Of a DNA stretch of 64,000 nucleotides, positions 18,416 through 27,226 are shown piece by piece. The notes below the pieces were generated by a model. The model saw only the letters and a list, made by a program, of their open reading frames with translations, was not told the DNA's origin and ran no database searches. The position numbers and the translations under genes are program-made. This stretch comes from a candidate division WOR-3 bacterium (GTDB taxonomy: Bacteria; Hydrothermota; Hydrothermia; JBDRYB01), in NCBI GenBank assembly GCA_039803205.1, contig JBDRYB010000002.1, positions 96,243 through 160,242 of the forward strand, read 5' to 3'. The number at the start of each line of letters is the position of its first letter. Position 1 is the first letter of the stretch.

Positions 18416-19281
18416 AAAAGGTAGTGCAGTTTTTGCATCCTGGGCCGGAATACGAGGGAAAAGACTGGCATCCAGCAGATAAATCACACGGAAGGCGCTT
18501 TATTTTTACAAAGGGAAGGGTAAAAAACTCTCGCGGCCAATGGGAATGGCTTCCCGTAACGGCATGGGTGGAGTGGGAGGCAAACGCAAAACTTTATCCC
18601 AACCGGACTGTTGGGACAGCCATGCCCAAAAATATCCACCTACCATACCTACCCAATAAGGGAATTCCAGGCCCAAAGGAACGGCACAGCACTGATCCAT
18701 GCGTATTTGGTGATCGTTTCCTATATACGGTCTGCAGGCAGATCAACCGGAAAGGTAATCCCACTAAGATGCAAAGCCTTGAAGAAGGTTCGGTAATCCT
18801 GTTTGGCTCACGGATAAAATACCCGGACGGCTATCATTTCGTGCTGGACACACTTTTTGTTGTGTCTGAGGATCGGGTTCACCACTCGCGTGAGAGCCAA
18901 TTGAAACCCCCTGAAGTGCCCGACTGGTATTTCAAGTTGACCCTGGAGCAAGTATATGCCCTCCCCCATCGTTATACCCTATTAAAGGGCTATACCCCTG
19001 AGGAACAGCCTGAATTTTTCAGCTGGATACCCTGCAAGGTCTGCAATGATAGTGCTCCAGTGCCTTTTGAGAGGCCTAAGATAAAGTTGCGTGGTATCAG
19101 ACCCAAAATGACGCAAGGTTTTTCTTTGCGCATAGCTATGGAACCAAAAGAAGCCTGGGATGAGGTCGTTAGGCAGGTAAAGGAACAAGGCTGTGAATTA
19201 TGTGCTGGTCTTGAAGTGCCCACAAACCAGCCCAATCCGCATTTTGAAAACCTGATGGAGAAGTTTCTGAGCGGTAAATGA
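18412..19281 (+). CDS. Hypothetical island cargo protein
   Basis: 289-aa ORF with ATGA overlap to the integrase fragment; visibly more AT-rich than the flanks; blocks QFLHPGPE, TDPCVFGDRFLYTVCRQ, GSVILFGS, FVLDTLFVV. Confidence 0.8.
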   Translation: MKKVVQFLHPGPEYEGKDWHPADKSHGRRFIFTKGRVKNSRGQWEWLPVTAWVEWEANAKLYPNRTVGTAMPKNIHLPYLPNKGIPGPKERHSTDPCVFGDRFLYTVCRQINRKGNPTKMQSLEEGSVILFGSRIKYPDGYHFVLDTLFVVSEDRVHHSRESQLKPPEVPDWYFKLTLEQVYALPHRYTLLKGYTPEEQPEFFSWIPCKVCNDSAPVPFERPKIKLRGIRPKMTQGFSLRIAMEPKEAWDEVVRQVKEQGCELCAGLEVPTNQPNPHFENLMEKFLSGK

Positions 19282-19305
19282 GCTGTTAGTTATTTATTAT
19301 TTTCC

Positions 19306-19419
19306 CTCGGCCACAGGACCCTTGCCATGGTAATGCGCTATTCTCACCTCTCCCCGGATCACCTGGACAAGGTCAGGGAGAAGGGGGTTATGGTGAGATT
19401 GAGCCCTTCAGAAGACTGA
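19306..19419 (+). pseudogene. Second integrase 3' tail (direct repeat copy 2)
   Basis: Encodes LGHRTLAMVMRYSHLSPDHLDKVREKGVMVRLSPSED*. Confidence 0.9.
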
Positions 19420-19456
19420 GGGCAAAGCTCGGCCTCTCAGCTCTATAATCTTGGCC

Positions 19457-19840
19457 ATGGATAAAGAGGTCGCAAATTGGCTAGCGGGCGCCAAGTATGA
19501 CCTGGAGACAGCGGGCTCTCTTTATAGGAGCAAGAGATACATCTATGTGGTCTTCATGTGCCACATGGCTATTGAGAAGGGATTCAAGGCGCTCGTCAGG
19601 CAGACAACCGGCAAAACCCCGCCGAAGATTCACGACCTCATTCGCCTGGCAGAAATGGGCGGTGTGGAACTTGAGCCTGAGACAAGAAAAACCCTTATTG
19701 ACCTCAACAACATGGGGGTGGTCACCAGATACCCGGATGACCTGGCAAAGCTGAGTAAGCTCATAACTAAAGAAAGGGCATCCTCCGTCCTCAGGTTCAC
19801 CAGGAGGTTCATACCTTGGATAGAGAAACGCTTGAAATAG
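19457..19840 (+). CDS. HEPN domain protein (HEPN-MNT pair)
   Basis: A..DL..A..L, F.CH.A.EK..KA, PPKIHDL..L, TRYP. Confidence 0.9.
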   Translation: MDKEVANWLAGAKYDLETAGSLYRSKRYIYVVFMCHMAIEKGFKALVRQTTGKTPPKIHDLIRLAEMGGVELEPETRKTLIDLNNMGVVTRYPDDLAKLSKLITKERASSVLRFTRRFIPWIEKRLK

Positions 19841-20148
19841 TCAAAAAACTTGCTGAGGCCCTCAGGGCAAAAGGCCTGAGGGTTGAAGGTATAGTTGTTT
19901 TCGGGTCAGCCCTCAGGGGCAATCTCAGCCCTGATAGCGATATTGACATAGCGGTTATCTCTCCTGATTTTGAGGGCCTTGACGCAATAGAGCGCATGAG
20001 GATCATCTCTGAGGCAAGAATAGAGGCACACCTTCTTCAGAGGGCCATGGACGCCTTCGGCTACACCCCTGAGGAGTTCCGAGAGGCTTCTGAGGGCACA
20101 TTCCTCGGGGATGAGATAAAAGTAAAGGGAACCCTAATTCCAGTCTGA
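19816..20148 (+). CDS. Minimal nucleotidyltransferase (MNT)
   Basis: VFGSALRG....DSDIDIAVIS; overlaps the HEPN gene. Confidence 0.9.
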   Translation: MDRETLEIVKKLAEALRAKGLRVEGIVVFGSALRGNLSPDSDIDIAVISPDFEGLDAIERMRIISEARIEAHLLQRAMDAFGYTPEEFREASEGTFLGDEIKVKGTLIPV

Positions 20149-20259
20149 TTCTCAGCGAGATCAGTGAGGTCCAAATGGTCATTTTTCGGTCAGTTGGATT
20201 AACATTTGTATCCCTGAATTGGTTGTCAGAAAAGGGTTATACGGATTTGGGGTGTTAGC

Positions 20260-20301
20260 TTTTTAATCCGACGGCCGCAGGTTCAAGTCCTGCCGGGGGT
20301 G
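20260..20301 (+). pseudogene. 3' half of a tRNA-Lys(UUU), att-site-like remnant
   Basis: TTTTAA-TCCGA-CGGCC-GCAGG TTCAAGT CCTGC-CGGGGGTG gives anticodon loop, T-arm and acceptor 3' strand. No D-arm or pairing 5' half upstream. Confidence 0.75.
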
Positions 20302-20607
20302 TCCTCAAAACCCTACTCAAAACAGGGTTTTCACGGATTAGAGCTTTCTCCCCAGAATCCCCCAATACCCCTAAAATACCCCAAAATTTGTCCACCAGAA
20401 CCCCCGGCCTCAGAAACCAGCTCTCAGAGGCCGGAGGATAACACAGAAGGGCTTTTGAGCCTTCAAGGGGAATAAATAAACCCTCCCGGAGGCCACGGAA
20501 ACTCAGAGCCCCCGGCCCAGGCCCTTTGCATTCCCGGCCATGAGGCGGTTATTTTCCCGGAGCGGGCCGTTAAGGAGTGTTCAACTTGGAAAGTCTGGAT
20601 TGGAGCG

Positions 20608-21066
20608 TTGAACAAGCTGGCAGGCTTTGACCCTCTCCTTGTTGCTACATGGGCACAGCTTCACTGGAAAACCTTTGAGACTTTCACAGAAAAGGGCCGC
20701 GCGGTTATCATGGGCAGGCTCCGGCCTTTCAGGGAATATACCGAAAAAGCCCAGGATATTATACGAGGCGCGCACGAGGCCAGAGAGGCACACTTAAGAG
20801 ATGGGCACCGGACCCAATCAGAAAACAGGGAAAATACCTCTATATTTGAGCCTCACGGAGAAGGTGAATACCTTAGGCCTCCGGGAATAGGAGGCCCTCG
20901 GCCCCCCGAGTTAAAGGCCCAGGCGCGCGAGCTATGGGAGAACAACTCCCTCACGGCGCGACAAATAGCCGAGAGGCTTGGAATACCCCCGGAGAGAGCG
21001 AGGATTATCACTGATTGGGTTTACTTTCAAGGCTGGAAGCTGACCCTTACCCAAAACCTTCCCTAA
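20608..21066 (+). CDS. Hypothetical protein with C-terminal HTH (mobile-element remnant)
   Basis: ELKAQARELWENNSLTARQIAERLGIP is HTH-like; start uncertain. Confidence 0.45.
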   Translation: MNKLAGFDPLLVATWAQLHWKTFETFTEKGRAVIMGRLRPFREYTEKAQDIIRGAHEAREAHLRDGHRTQSENRENTSIFEPHGEGEYLRPPGIGGPRPPELKAQARELWENNSLTARQIAERLGIPPERARIITDWVYFQGWKLTLTQNLP

Positions 21067-21070
21067 TCCT

Positions 21071-21846
21071 CATAATTTGTCTCCTATGGAAGGACTCATT
21101 GAATATCTTTCACCACTGATGGAAGTCTTGGGAGACAGCAGGCGTTATGCAATGGTGAGGGATGCTGTCTCAGGGGTAATCCAATGCGGTAAGCTCTCGG
21201 TCATAACCAGAGGCCTCATGTGGCTCACGGTATCAGTGAGCGTGGATGAGGAGCCGGTTACGAGTGGATAAACAGAAGCTCTGGCGAGCTATCATGTGGG
21301 GCACGGATAACCCTGATGAAATCCCCGAGAGGTGAGGAAATGGGTAAGGGCCAGCCAATACCCCTTGATCGTTCGGGTCTATTCCATTATAAGAATACAG
21401 ATATGTTTGGGGCTTTGATCTTTGGGCTTCTCGTTCCTCCTGATTCGGTCACCCCTCTCAATCTTCACTGGATTGATACCATAGAGGACTGGAAATGGGG
21501 ATACATGAGGAAACTGGAGGCCAGAATAAGGGTCATATATTGGACCGCGAGACCCAGAGCAAGGGGGTTCTATAGGTTATCGCCTGATGAAGTTTTCATC
21601 TCCTATTCCGTATCAGAAAGGTTTGTAACCCGTGTTAGTGAGGGAGTAATGATCTGGACCCGGTGGATGTGTCGCGAAGACAGCGGGGTAGTTGTATCCT
21701 TAGAAGGTCCTTGGAAAACCGAATTCCTGATATGCAACAAAAAGACCCGGAAATACACCAACTTCTATGTGATAGTATCCCCTCCTCGGGGTTCTCTGGA
21801 CCTAAAGGGCAGGAAGATGGAAAGTCCCAGCGTGCTATCCAAGTAG
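21071..21846 (+). mobile_element. Degenerate IS transposase remnant (possibly IS4-like)
   Basis: Broken ORFs (MEGLIEYLSPLMEVLGDSRR...; MKSPRGEEM...). The first ~97 bp recur inverted at 63318-63414. Confidence 0.5.
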
Positions 21847-21883
21847 GGAAACAGGACGCTTTTTGGGGATATAATCTAGTCCT

Positions 21884-24034
21884 GTGAAATTCGCTCGGGT
21901 TGCCATCCCAGATGCAGGCGCTACCCTGACCTACCGGGTTCCTTTGGAGATGGGCCTCGGCAGGGGCGATGTGGTTCTCGTTCATGTCAGGGAAAAGACC
22001 TACACCGGCCTGGTTCTCGGAGAGGATGACCCCTTCCCGGGCGCGAGGCCCATCTACGGCAAGACTGGCATAAAGATCCCCGAGGGCCTCGTCGCGCTCT
22101 CTGAGTGGATAGCCATATACTATCTCTCGCCCATCCACGAGGCCGCGAGGCTCATCCTTCCGCCTGGAATGCCGAAAAAGGAGCGGATTGAGATAAGGAT
22201 GAGGAGGGACCCTCCGCTGGTTAAACCGAGGGGAAGGGTCCAGAGGGAGCTTTTGGCTTATCTTTGGGAAAGGAGAGGGCGGTGGCTCAGCTTGGATTGG
22301 CTTTACAGGAAATTCGGGCAACCTGGAAGGGGGTTTCTTGAGAGGCTCATTGAGGAAGGGGCTTGCCAAGTGAGATCAAAAATGCCAGAAGCGAGAACCG
22401 AGGAAGGGGAAAGGTTTGTGGAGGAGGGAGGGGATGTCTTCTTTCCGGAAAAGCCCACCTCTCAGCAGAGAAGGGTCCTCAGGAGCCTGAGGGAAGTTTT
22501 GAAAAAAAAGGAGTTTAGAGTCGCTCTCCTCCACGGAGAGACAGGCTCTGGAAAGACCGCTGTCTACGCCTGGCTCGCGAGGGAGGCCCTGATGAGAGGC
22601 AAATCAGCGATAATTCTGGTGCCTGAGATAAGCCTAACCCCCCAGCTCGCGGCTGTTTTCAGAAAGGCACTGGGGAAAAGGATCGGCGTGTATCACAGCG
22701 CTTTCAGCCCATCAGAAAGGATGTGGGTTTGGAGGCAGGCCGAGGCTGGAGACATAAGGGTTGTGCTTGGGCCAAGGTCAGCGCTCTTCCTTCCCGTGAG
22801 GGATCTTGGGCTTATCGTTGTTGACGAGGAGCACGATGACTCATATAAATCCCAGAGGCTTCCTCATTATCACGCGAGGGATGTTGCCACTGTGAGGGCG
22901 AAGGCCGAAGGAGCGCTTCTTGTCCTTGGCTCCGCCACCCCATCAGCCGAATCCTACTACAACGCGAAGCGCGGAAAATACCTGTATCTCAGGATGCCTG
23001 AGAGGGTTCCCGCATACACGGAGCCAGTTGTCAGGATAATAGACCTAAAAGAGACCGAGGTCTCAGGGGTTTTCTCGGTTCCGCTTCTTGACGCGCTCAG
23101 AGAAACGATTTCATCAGGTTACCAGGCAATACTCTTCCTGAACCGACGAGGCTACGCTCCGTATATCCAGTGTTTGAGATGCGGGATCGTTTTGGACTGT
23201 CCTTTTTGCTCCATTTCATACACATTCCACAAGGACACCGGAGTCCTGGTCTGCCACCTCTGCGGCAGGACAGCGAGGGTTCCAACCCTATGCCCCTCTT
23301 GCGGAAGCCCGTCCCTTGTTCCGATGAGATACGGGGTCCAAAGGGTCCAGGAGAACCTGGAGGCCCTTCTCCCAGGAGTAAGGATCCTCAGGCTTGATAG
23401 GGATATATCCAGAAGGAGAGAGGGACCTGAGGGGGTCTTCAGGGATTTCGCCTCAGGAAACGCCAAGGTTCTCGTTGGAACCCAGCTAGTAACAAAGGGC
23501 CTGGATTTTCCGGGCGTGAAGCTCGTCGGGGTTCTCATAGCGGACATGGGGCTTTTCAGGCCGGATTTCAGGGCAAGCGAGAGAACATTTCAATTGCTCT
23601 CGCAGGTTACGGGAAGACTGAGAACAGGGGGGATGGTTATGATACAGGCTGTTAACCCTGAGGAAGGAGCAATAAGGTTTGCCAAGCTTAAGGATTACGA
23701 GGGATTCATGGCTCAGGAGCTCGCGGAGCGGAAGAGATACGGCTACCCACCGTTCTCCAAGCTAGTTCTCGTTGAGGCAAAAGGGAAGGATAGGGCCAAG
23801 GTAATCCAATTTCTTGAGGGGCTCGCGATGCAAACCGCTTCTTGGCTCGGGGGGAAGGGACTGATCCTGGGGCCGTCGCCATCCCCATATGAGCGGGTGG
23901 GAGGGCTTTTTAGGGCGAGATTTCTGATAAAGACCAAAAAGGGCCTCAGCCCAGAGCTGGACTTTCTGGCTGGGTATCAAACGCCCTCAGGGATCGAGCT
24001 CAGAGTGGATGTTGACCCAGTGGATATGATGTAG
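21884..24034 (+). CDS. priA: Primosomal protein N'
   Basis: GETGSGKT, VPEISLTPQ, DEEH, GSATPS, LNRRGY, four CxxC, KGLDFP. Confidence 0.97.
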   Translation: MKFARVAIPDAGATLTYRVPLEMGLGRGDVVLVHVREKTYTGLVLGEDDPFPGARPIYGKTGIKIPEGLVALSEWIAIYYLSPIHEAARLILPPGMPKKERIEIRMRRDPPLVKPRGRVQRELLAYLWERRGRWLSLDWLYRKFGQPGRGFLERLIEEGACQVRSKMPEARTEEGERFVEEGGDVFFPEKPTSQQRRVLRSLREVLKKKEFRVALLHGETGSGKTAVYAWLAREALMRGKSAIILVPEISLTPQLAAVFRKALGKRIGVYHSAFSPSERMWVWRQAEAGDIRVVLGPRSALFLPVRDLGLIVVDEEHDDSYKSQRLPHYHARDVATVRAKAEGALLVLGSATPSAESYYNAKRGKYLYLRMPERVPAYTEPVVRIIDLKETEVSGVFSVPLLDALRETISSGYQAILFLNRRGYAPYIQCLRCGIVLDCPFCSISYTFHKDTGVLVCHLCGRTARVPTLCPSCGSPSLVPMRYGVQRVQENLEALLPGVRILRLDRDISRRREGPEGVFRDFASGNAKVLVGTQLVTKGLDFPGVKLVGVLIADMGLFRPDFRASERTFQLLSQVTGRLRTGGMVMIQAVNPEEGAIRFAKLKDYEGFMAQELAERKRYGYPPFSKLVLVEAKGKDRAKVIQFLEGLAMQTASWLGGKGLILGPSPSPYERVGGLFRARFLIKTKKGLSPELDFLAGYQTPSGIELRVDVDPVDMM

Positions 24035-24088
24035 GCAAAGGAAACCGGGCGCTTGACCGGCCACGGCCTATAAGGTTATAATTTAGCC

Positions 24089-24493
24089 ATGGCTGAAACA
24101 GAAACCCTACCTCCACAGGCTGATGAGAAGGAGTGGGAAGGCTTCGCTCGCGAGCTCAGGCTGGCCCGGCCGTGGATCATGGCCATGGGCGTTATAGACA
24201 TAGTTATCGGCGCTTTGTCCCTTCCTCTTGGTGCTGGGAACATTGTGATTGGAGCCATGCTCCTTCTCCTTGAATCCAGGCTCAAGAGATTTCTTAATGG
24301 CGAGGCTAATACCCTCAAGGTATTTGCTTCCCAGCTCAGGCTTTACTTCGTCATATCTGTCATAGTGTTCATCGCTACGATGGTCTTCTATTTCATATTC
24401 GTCCTTCTCTATGTGGTTCTCGTGATCCTATTTGCCATAATCCTCACCCTCATAACCACCGCGGGTAGCACGGCAACCCAGAGCCTACTGTGA
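24089..24493 (+). CDS. Small membrane protein (DUF5362-like)
   Basis: Several hydrophobic segments; upstream TTGACC...TATAAT promoter-like sequence. Confidence 0.65.
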   Translation: MAETETLPPQADEKEWEGFARELRLARPWIMAMGVIDIVIGALSLPLGAGNIVIGAMLLLLESRLKRFLNGEANTLKVFASQLRLYFVISVIVFIATMVFYFIFVLLYVVLVILFAIILTLITTAGSTATQSLL

Positions 24494-24499
24494 GAACCC

Positions 24500-25069
24500 T
24501 TATCCCCAAAGAATCATCCTCAAAGCGAGGAGGATGTAAAACCCCAGCATTACCAAGAGCGTGCTCCTCTCGGACCTGAGAGCAGACCGCCACTTCCCCC
24601 CTCGCCAGCTGGCCCTTTTCGGGATAATGAGAAATCTGTGGGCCCTCTTGCAGTAATCAGTGAATTCCTGAGGAAAGGCCTTTCTCAGGTGATCCTCCTC
24701 AGCGAGTATGATGAGCGCATACTCGGCCCAAAACAGGATGGCGAATGCAATAGCTAGCCAAGGAAAGAATGCCCCTGATGAGAGCGTCATTCCCAAACCA
24801 AGAATGAAGTTCCCCCAGTATATAGGGTTTCTCGTCCAAGCGTATGGCCCCCATGTCACCAGCCTCGGGGCCTCTAGCCTCGGAGAGCGCGTCGTTGGCC
24901 CTGAGAACGAGACCGAAACCCAGCGGATCGCCTCCCCCAAAATGGTCAGGAGGGCTCCGGTCGCTAATAGGACGGGGGAGTATTCCCCGAACACAAGGGC
25001 TATCAGAAAAAAAGGAACACCGAGCCAACCCCGGTTCCTGAATAGCCAACGGCCGATTTTTAATGGCAA
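24500..25069 (-). CDS. Isoprenylcysteine carboxyl methyltransferase/PEMT family membrane protein
   Basis: LVTWGPYAWTRNPIYWG, EEDHL...F...F.DY. Confidence 0.88.
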   Translation of the reverse strand: MPLKIGRWLFRNRGWLGVPFFLIALVFGEYSPVLLATGALLTILGEAIRWVSVSFSGPTTRSPRLEAPRLVTWGPYAWTRNPIYWGNFILGLGMTLSSGAFFPWLAIAFAILFWAEYALIILAEEDHLRKAFPQEFTDYCKRAHRFLIIPKRASWRGGKWRSALRSERSTLLVMLGFYILLALRMILWG

Positions 25070-25169
25070 ACGGAAAAGCTTGGGGTATGGTTTTGCAACG
25101 GATCAAGTATAACCCTCCTGCCCCCGCTTAGTTGAAAAATCCTTCTGGGAGAATGGTATAATTTGCTTT

Positions 25170-25793
25170 ATGAATGAGGATCTAAGACGCAAGGTATCCG
25201 CGATTGCCCAGGTTGCTGGTTGGCTCTGGCAGAAGGGTTGGGCAGAGGCCGGAGCAGGCAACATCTCGGTTGATCTATCCGAAGGCAAAGAGAGAAGAAT
25301 CCTCATTACCGCCACTGGCTCCAAGATGAGGGATATAGCGAGAGAGCCTGAGGCAAACCTAGGGATAATAGAGCTCACGGATAAGGGCCATCGGGTCGTC
25401 TGGCCGGAGGGGATGGGGTTCTCGCCGACATCCGATCTGGCCGTGCACCTTGAGATACACATGAGGAAACCAGGCCTCTCGGTTCTTCACACCCATCCGA
25501 CGGAGCTGATAGCTCTCGCCCGATTGCTACCGAATGAACATGAAGTGAACTCAGCTCTGCTGGGCGCTCTTTTTGAGGTTCCGGTTTTACTGCCCAGGGG
25601 GTTAGGCCTCCTTAGACCAGAGGGCTCACGGAATCTTGCGGTTGATACGGCAAACGCCCTATCAGCTCGCGATCTGGTTCTCTGGCCAGGGCACGGCGCG
25701 ATCGCTGTTGATCCCGAACTCACCAGGGCCTTCGATCTTATTGATGTAGCGAACAAGGCCGCGGCAATCTGGCTGATGAGCCGGGACAAGTAG
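25170..25793 (+). CDS. Class II aldolase, rhamnulose-1-phosphate aldolase-like
   Basis: GWAEAGAGNIS, PTSDL..H, LHTHPT, W.GHG. Confidence 0.85.
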   Translation: MNEDLRRKVSAIAQVAGWLWQKGWAEAGAGNISVDLSEGKERRILITATGSKMRDIAREPEANLGIIELTDKGHRVVWPEGMGFSPTSDLAVHLEIHMRKPGLSVLHTHPTELIALARLLPNEHEVNSALLGALFEVPVLLPRGLGLLRPEGSRNLAVDTANALSARDLVLWPGHGAIAVDPELTRAFDLIDVANKAAAIWLMSRDK

Positions 25794-25797
25794 GCCC

Positions 25798-26340
25798 TTA
25801 TTCCGCAACTTTCCTGAATACACCGACAGTGTCCCCGCCAAACTGGACCTCAAAGACATCACCTATTGGGTTAGCAGGAAGACAGTAACCACGGTGTGCT
25901 ATGTAGTAGAAATCCCCATCCTTATAAAGCCTAAACTTCTTTCCGGAGAACCCCGAGTCCGGCTCCCACTCCTTATACCGTCCTTTCCTGTCCATCCAGT
26001 AAAACTTCTCTGCGACTAGAAACTCCTTCTGGGGTTTTCCGCACGGCGGATCGTCGGATATGACAAACACGAGGACCGTATCCGGGATGATCCAGGATCT
26101 AGCTGTGTCTCCCTGCCAGATCAACTGCCAACACTTGGCCCTGCGATATATCCACTGCTTTCCCTCTCTGGCATAAACCTTGTAATGCACGACCTCTTTT
26201 AGGGTGTCAGATCTCTCGGCTCCTGATGTGTCAATGTAGGTCAGGATTACCTGTTTCAGGAACTGGCCTGTTGGGTATCCGCACTCCGAGCCTCCGTATT
26301 TCTCGGAGATGAGCAAAAGAAAACAAAGAAACCAGCTCAC
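25798..26340 (-). CDS. Hypothetical secreted protein
   Basis: 180-aa ORF filling the gap; short hydrophobic N-terminus. Confidence 0.65.
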   Translation of the reverse strand: MSWFLCFLLLISEKYGGSECGYPTGQFLKQVILTYIDTSGAERSDTLKEVVHYKVYAREGKQWIYRRAKCWQLIWQGDTARSWIIPDTVLVFVISDDPPCGKPQKEFLVAEKFYWMDRKGRYKEWEPDSGFSGKKFRLYKDGDFYYIAHRGYCLPANPIGDVFEVQFGGDTVGVFRKVAE

Positions 26341-26435
26341 TTGATAATTTTAAGGCAGGGGCTCAGAGGTTTTCCAGCGCGAGAAATTGGAGTGTCCGAA
26401 TGCGCCAGAACCCTCGGGAGCTTTAAGATTTGATC

Positions 26436-27074
26436 ATGCCCCTTCTCTATGCGATAACGGACGAGAATCTCATTCCAAAAGGGAGGCTCCTGAAGGCAGT
26501 GGAATCAGCCATCTTGGGCGGAGCTGATATAATTCAGCTCAGGGACAAAACCACGCCGGACAGCGAACTCCTCCCCCTGGCTATGGAGCTCATGGCCTTG
26601 TGCAATGAGCACCGTGTTCCCCTCATAATCAACGACAGGCTTGAGATAGCGGCTGAGCTGAGCGCTGGGCTCCACCTTGGGGACGAGGATGTGCCTGTGG
26701 CCGTTGCCAGAAGAGAGCTGGGGCCTGATGCGATAATCGGCAGGAGTTGCCACGACAGCATAGCACTCGCGCTTGAGGCCAGGGAACAGGGAGCCTCATA
26801 TGTGGCGTTTGGCCCAATATTCCCGACCCCAACGAAGCCGGGCCGCCCTGGCATAGGGCTCAGCATCCTTGATGAGGCCAAACAGACTCTTGATTTCCCC
26901 TTCGCGGCAATAGGGGGCATAGATGTGAGGAATATCCGAGATGTCGCGGGGAAAAAACCCTGGGCAATATGCGTGATAAGGGCAATATTCGCTCAACCAG
27001 ACCCAAAAGAGGCGGCCGCGAGGCTCAGGGAGCTCATGGCGCCAGATTCGCTCAAAACTGAAATCCAACCATGA
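26436..27074 (+). CDS. thiE: Thiamine-phosphate synthase
   Basis: QLRDK, IIND, HLGDED, GRSCH, GPIFPTPTK, AIGGI. Confidence 0.95.
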   Translation: MPLLYAITDENLIPKGRLLKAVESAILGGADIIQLRDKTTPDSELLPLAMELMALCNEHRVPLIINDRLEIAAELSAGLHLGDEDVPVAVARRELGPDAIIGRSCHDSIALALEAREQGASYVAFGPIFPTPTKPGRPGIGLSILDEAKQTLDFPFAAIGGIDVRNIRDVAGKKPWAICVIRAIFAQPDPKEAAARLRELMAPDSLKTEIQP

Positions 27075-27089
27075 GCTACCAGAGGGTTT

Positions 27090-27224
27090 CTACGATTTTC
27101 GTTCTTCCGGTTTCTCCCATCCTCCGTGAATACCTCAAGAACACCGGAAAATCTCTCTGTCCTGAGCCCTTCCGATAACTACCATCCCTTCTGTCCATCC
27201 GGTTGGTATATCTGGAAGTTCCCC
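27090..27224 (-). mobile_element. Transposase remnant (ISNCY/integrase-core type)
   Basis: Own translation: PDIPTGWTEGMVVIGRAQDREIFRCS*GIHGGWEKPEE. Shares an 18-nt exact match with the 36.6 kb remnant. Confidence 0.5.
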
Positions 27225-27226
27225 TT

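Noticed and set aside
26341..26435. TPP riboswitch upstream of thiE
   Set aside because: No CTGAGA / ACCTGA core on the coding strand, and the spacer is short.
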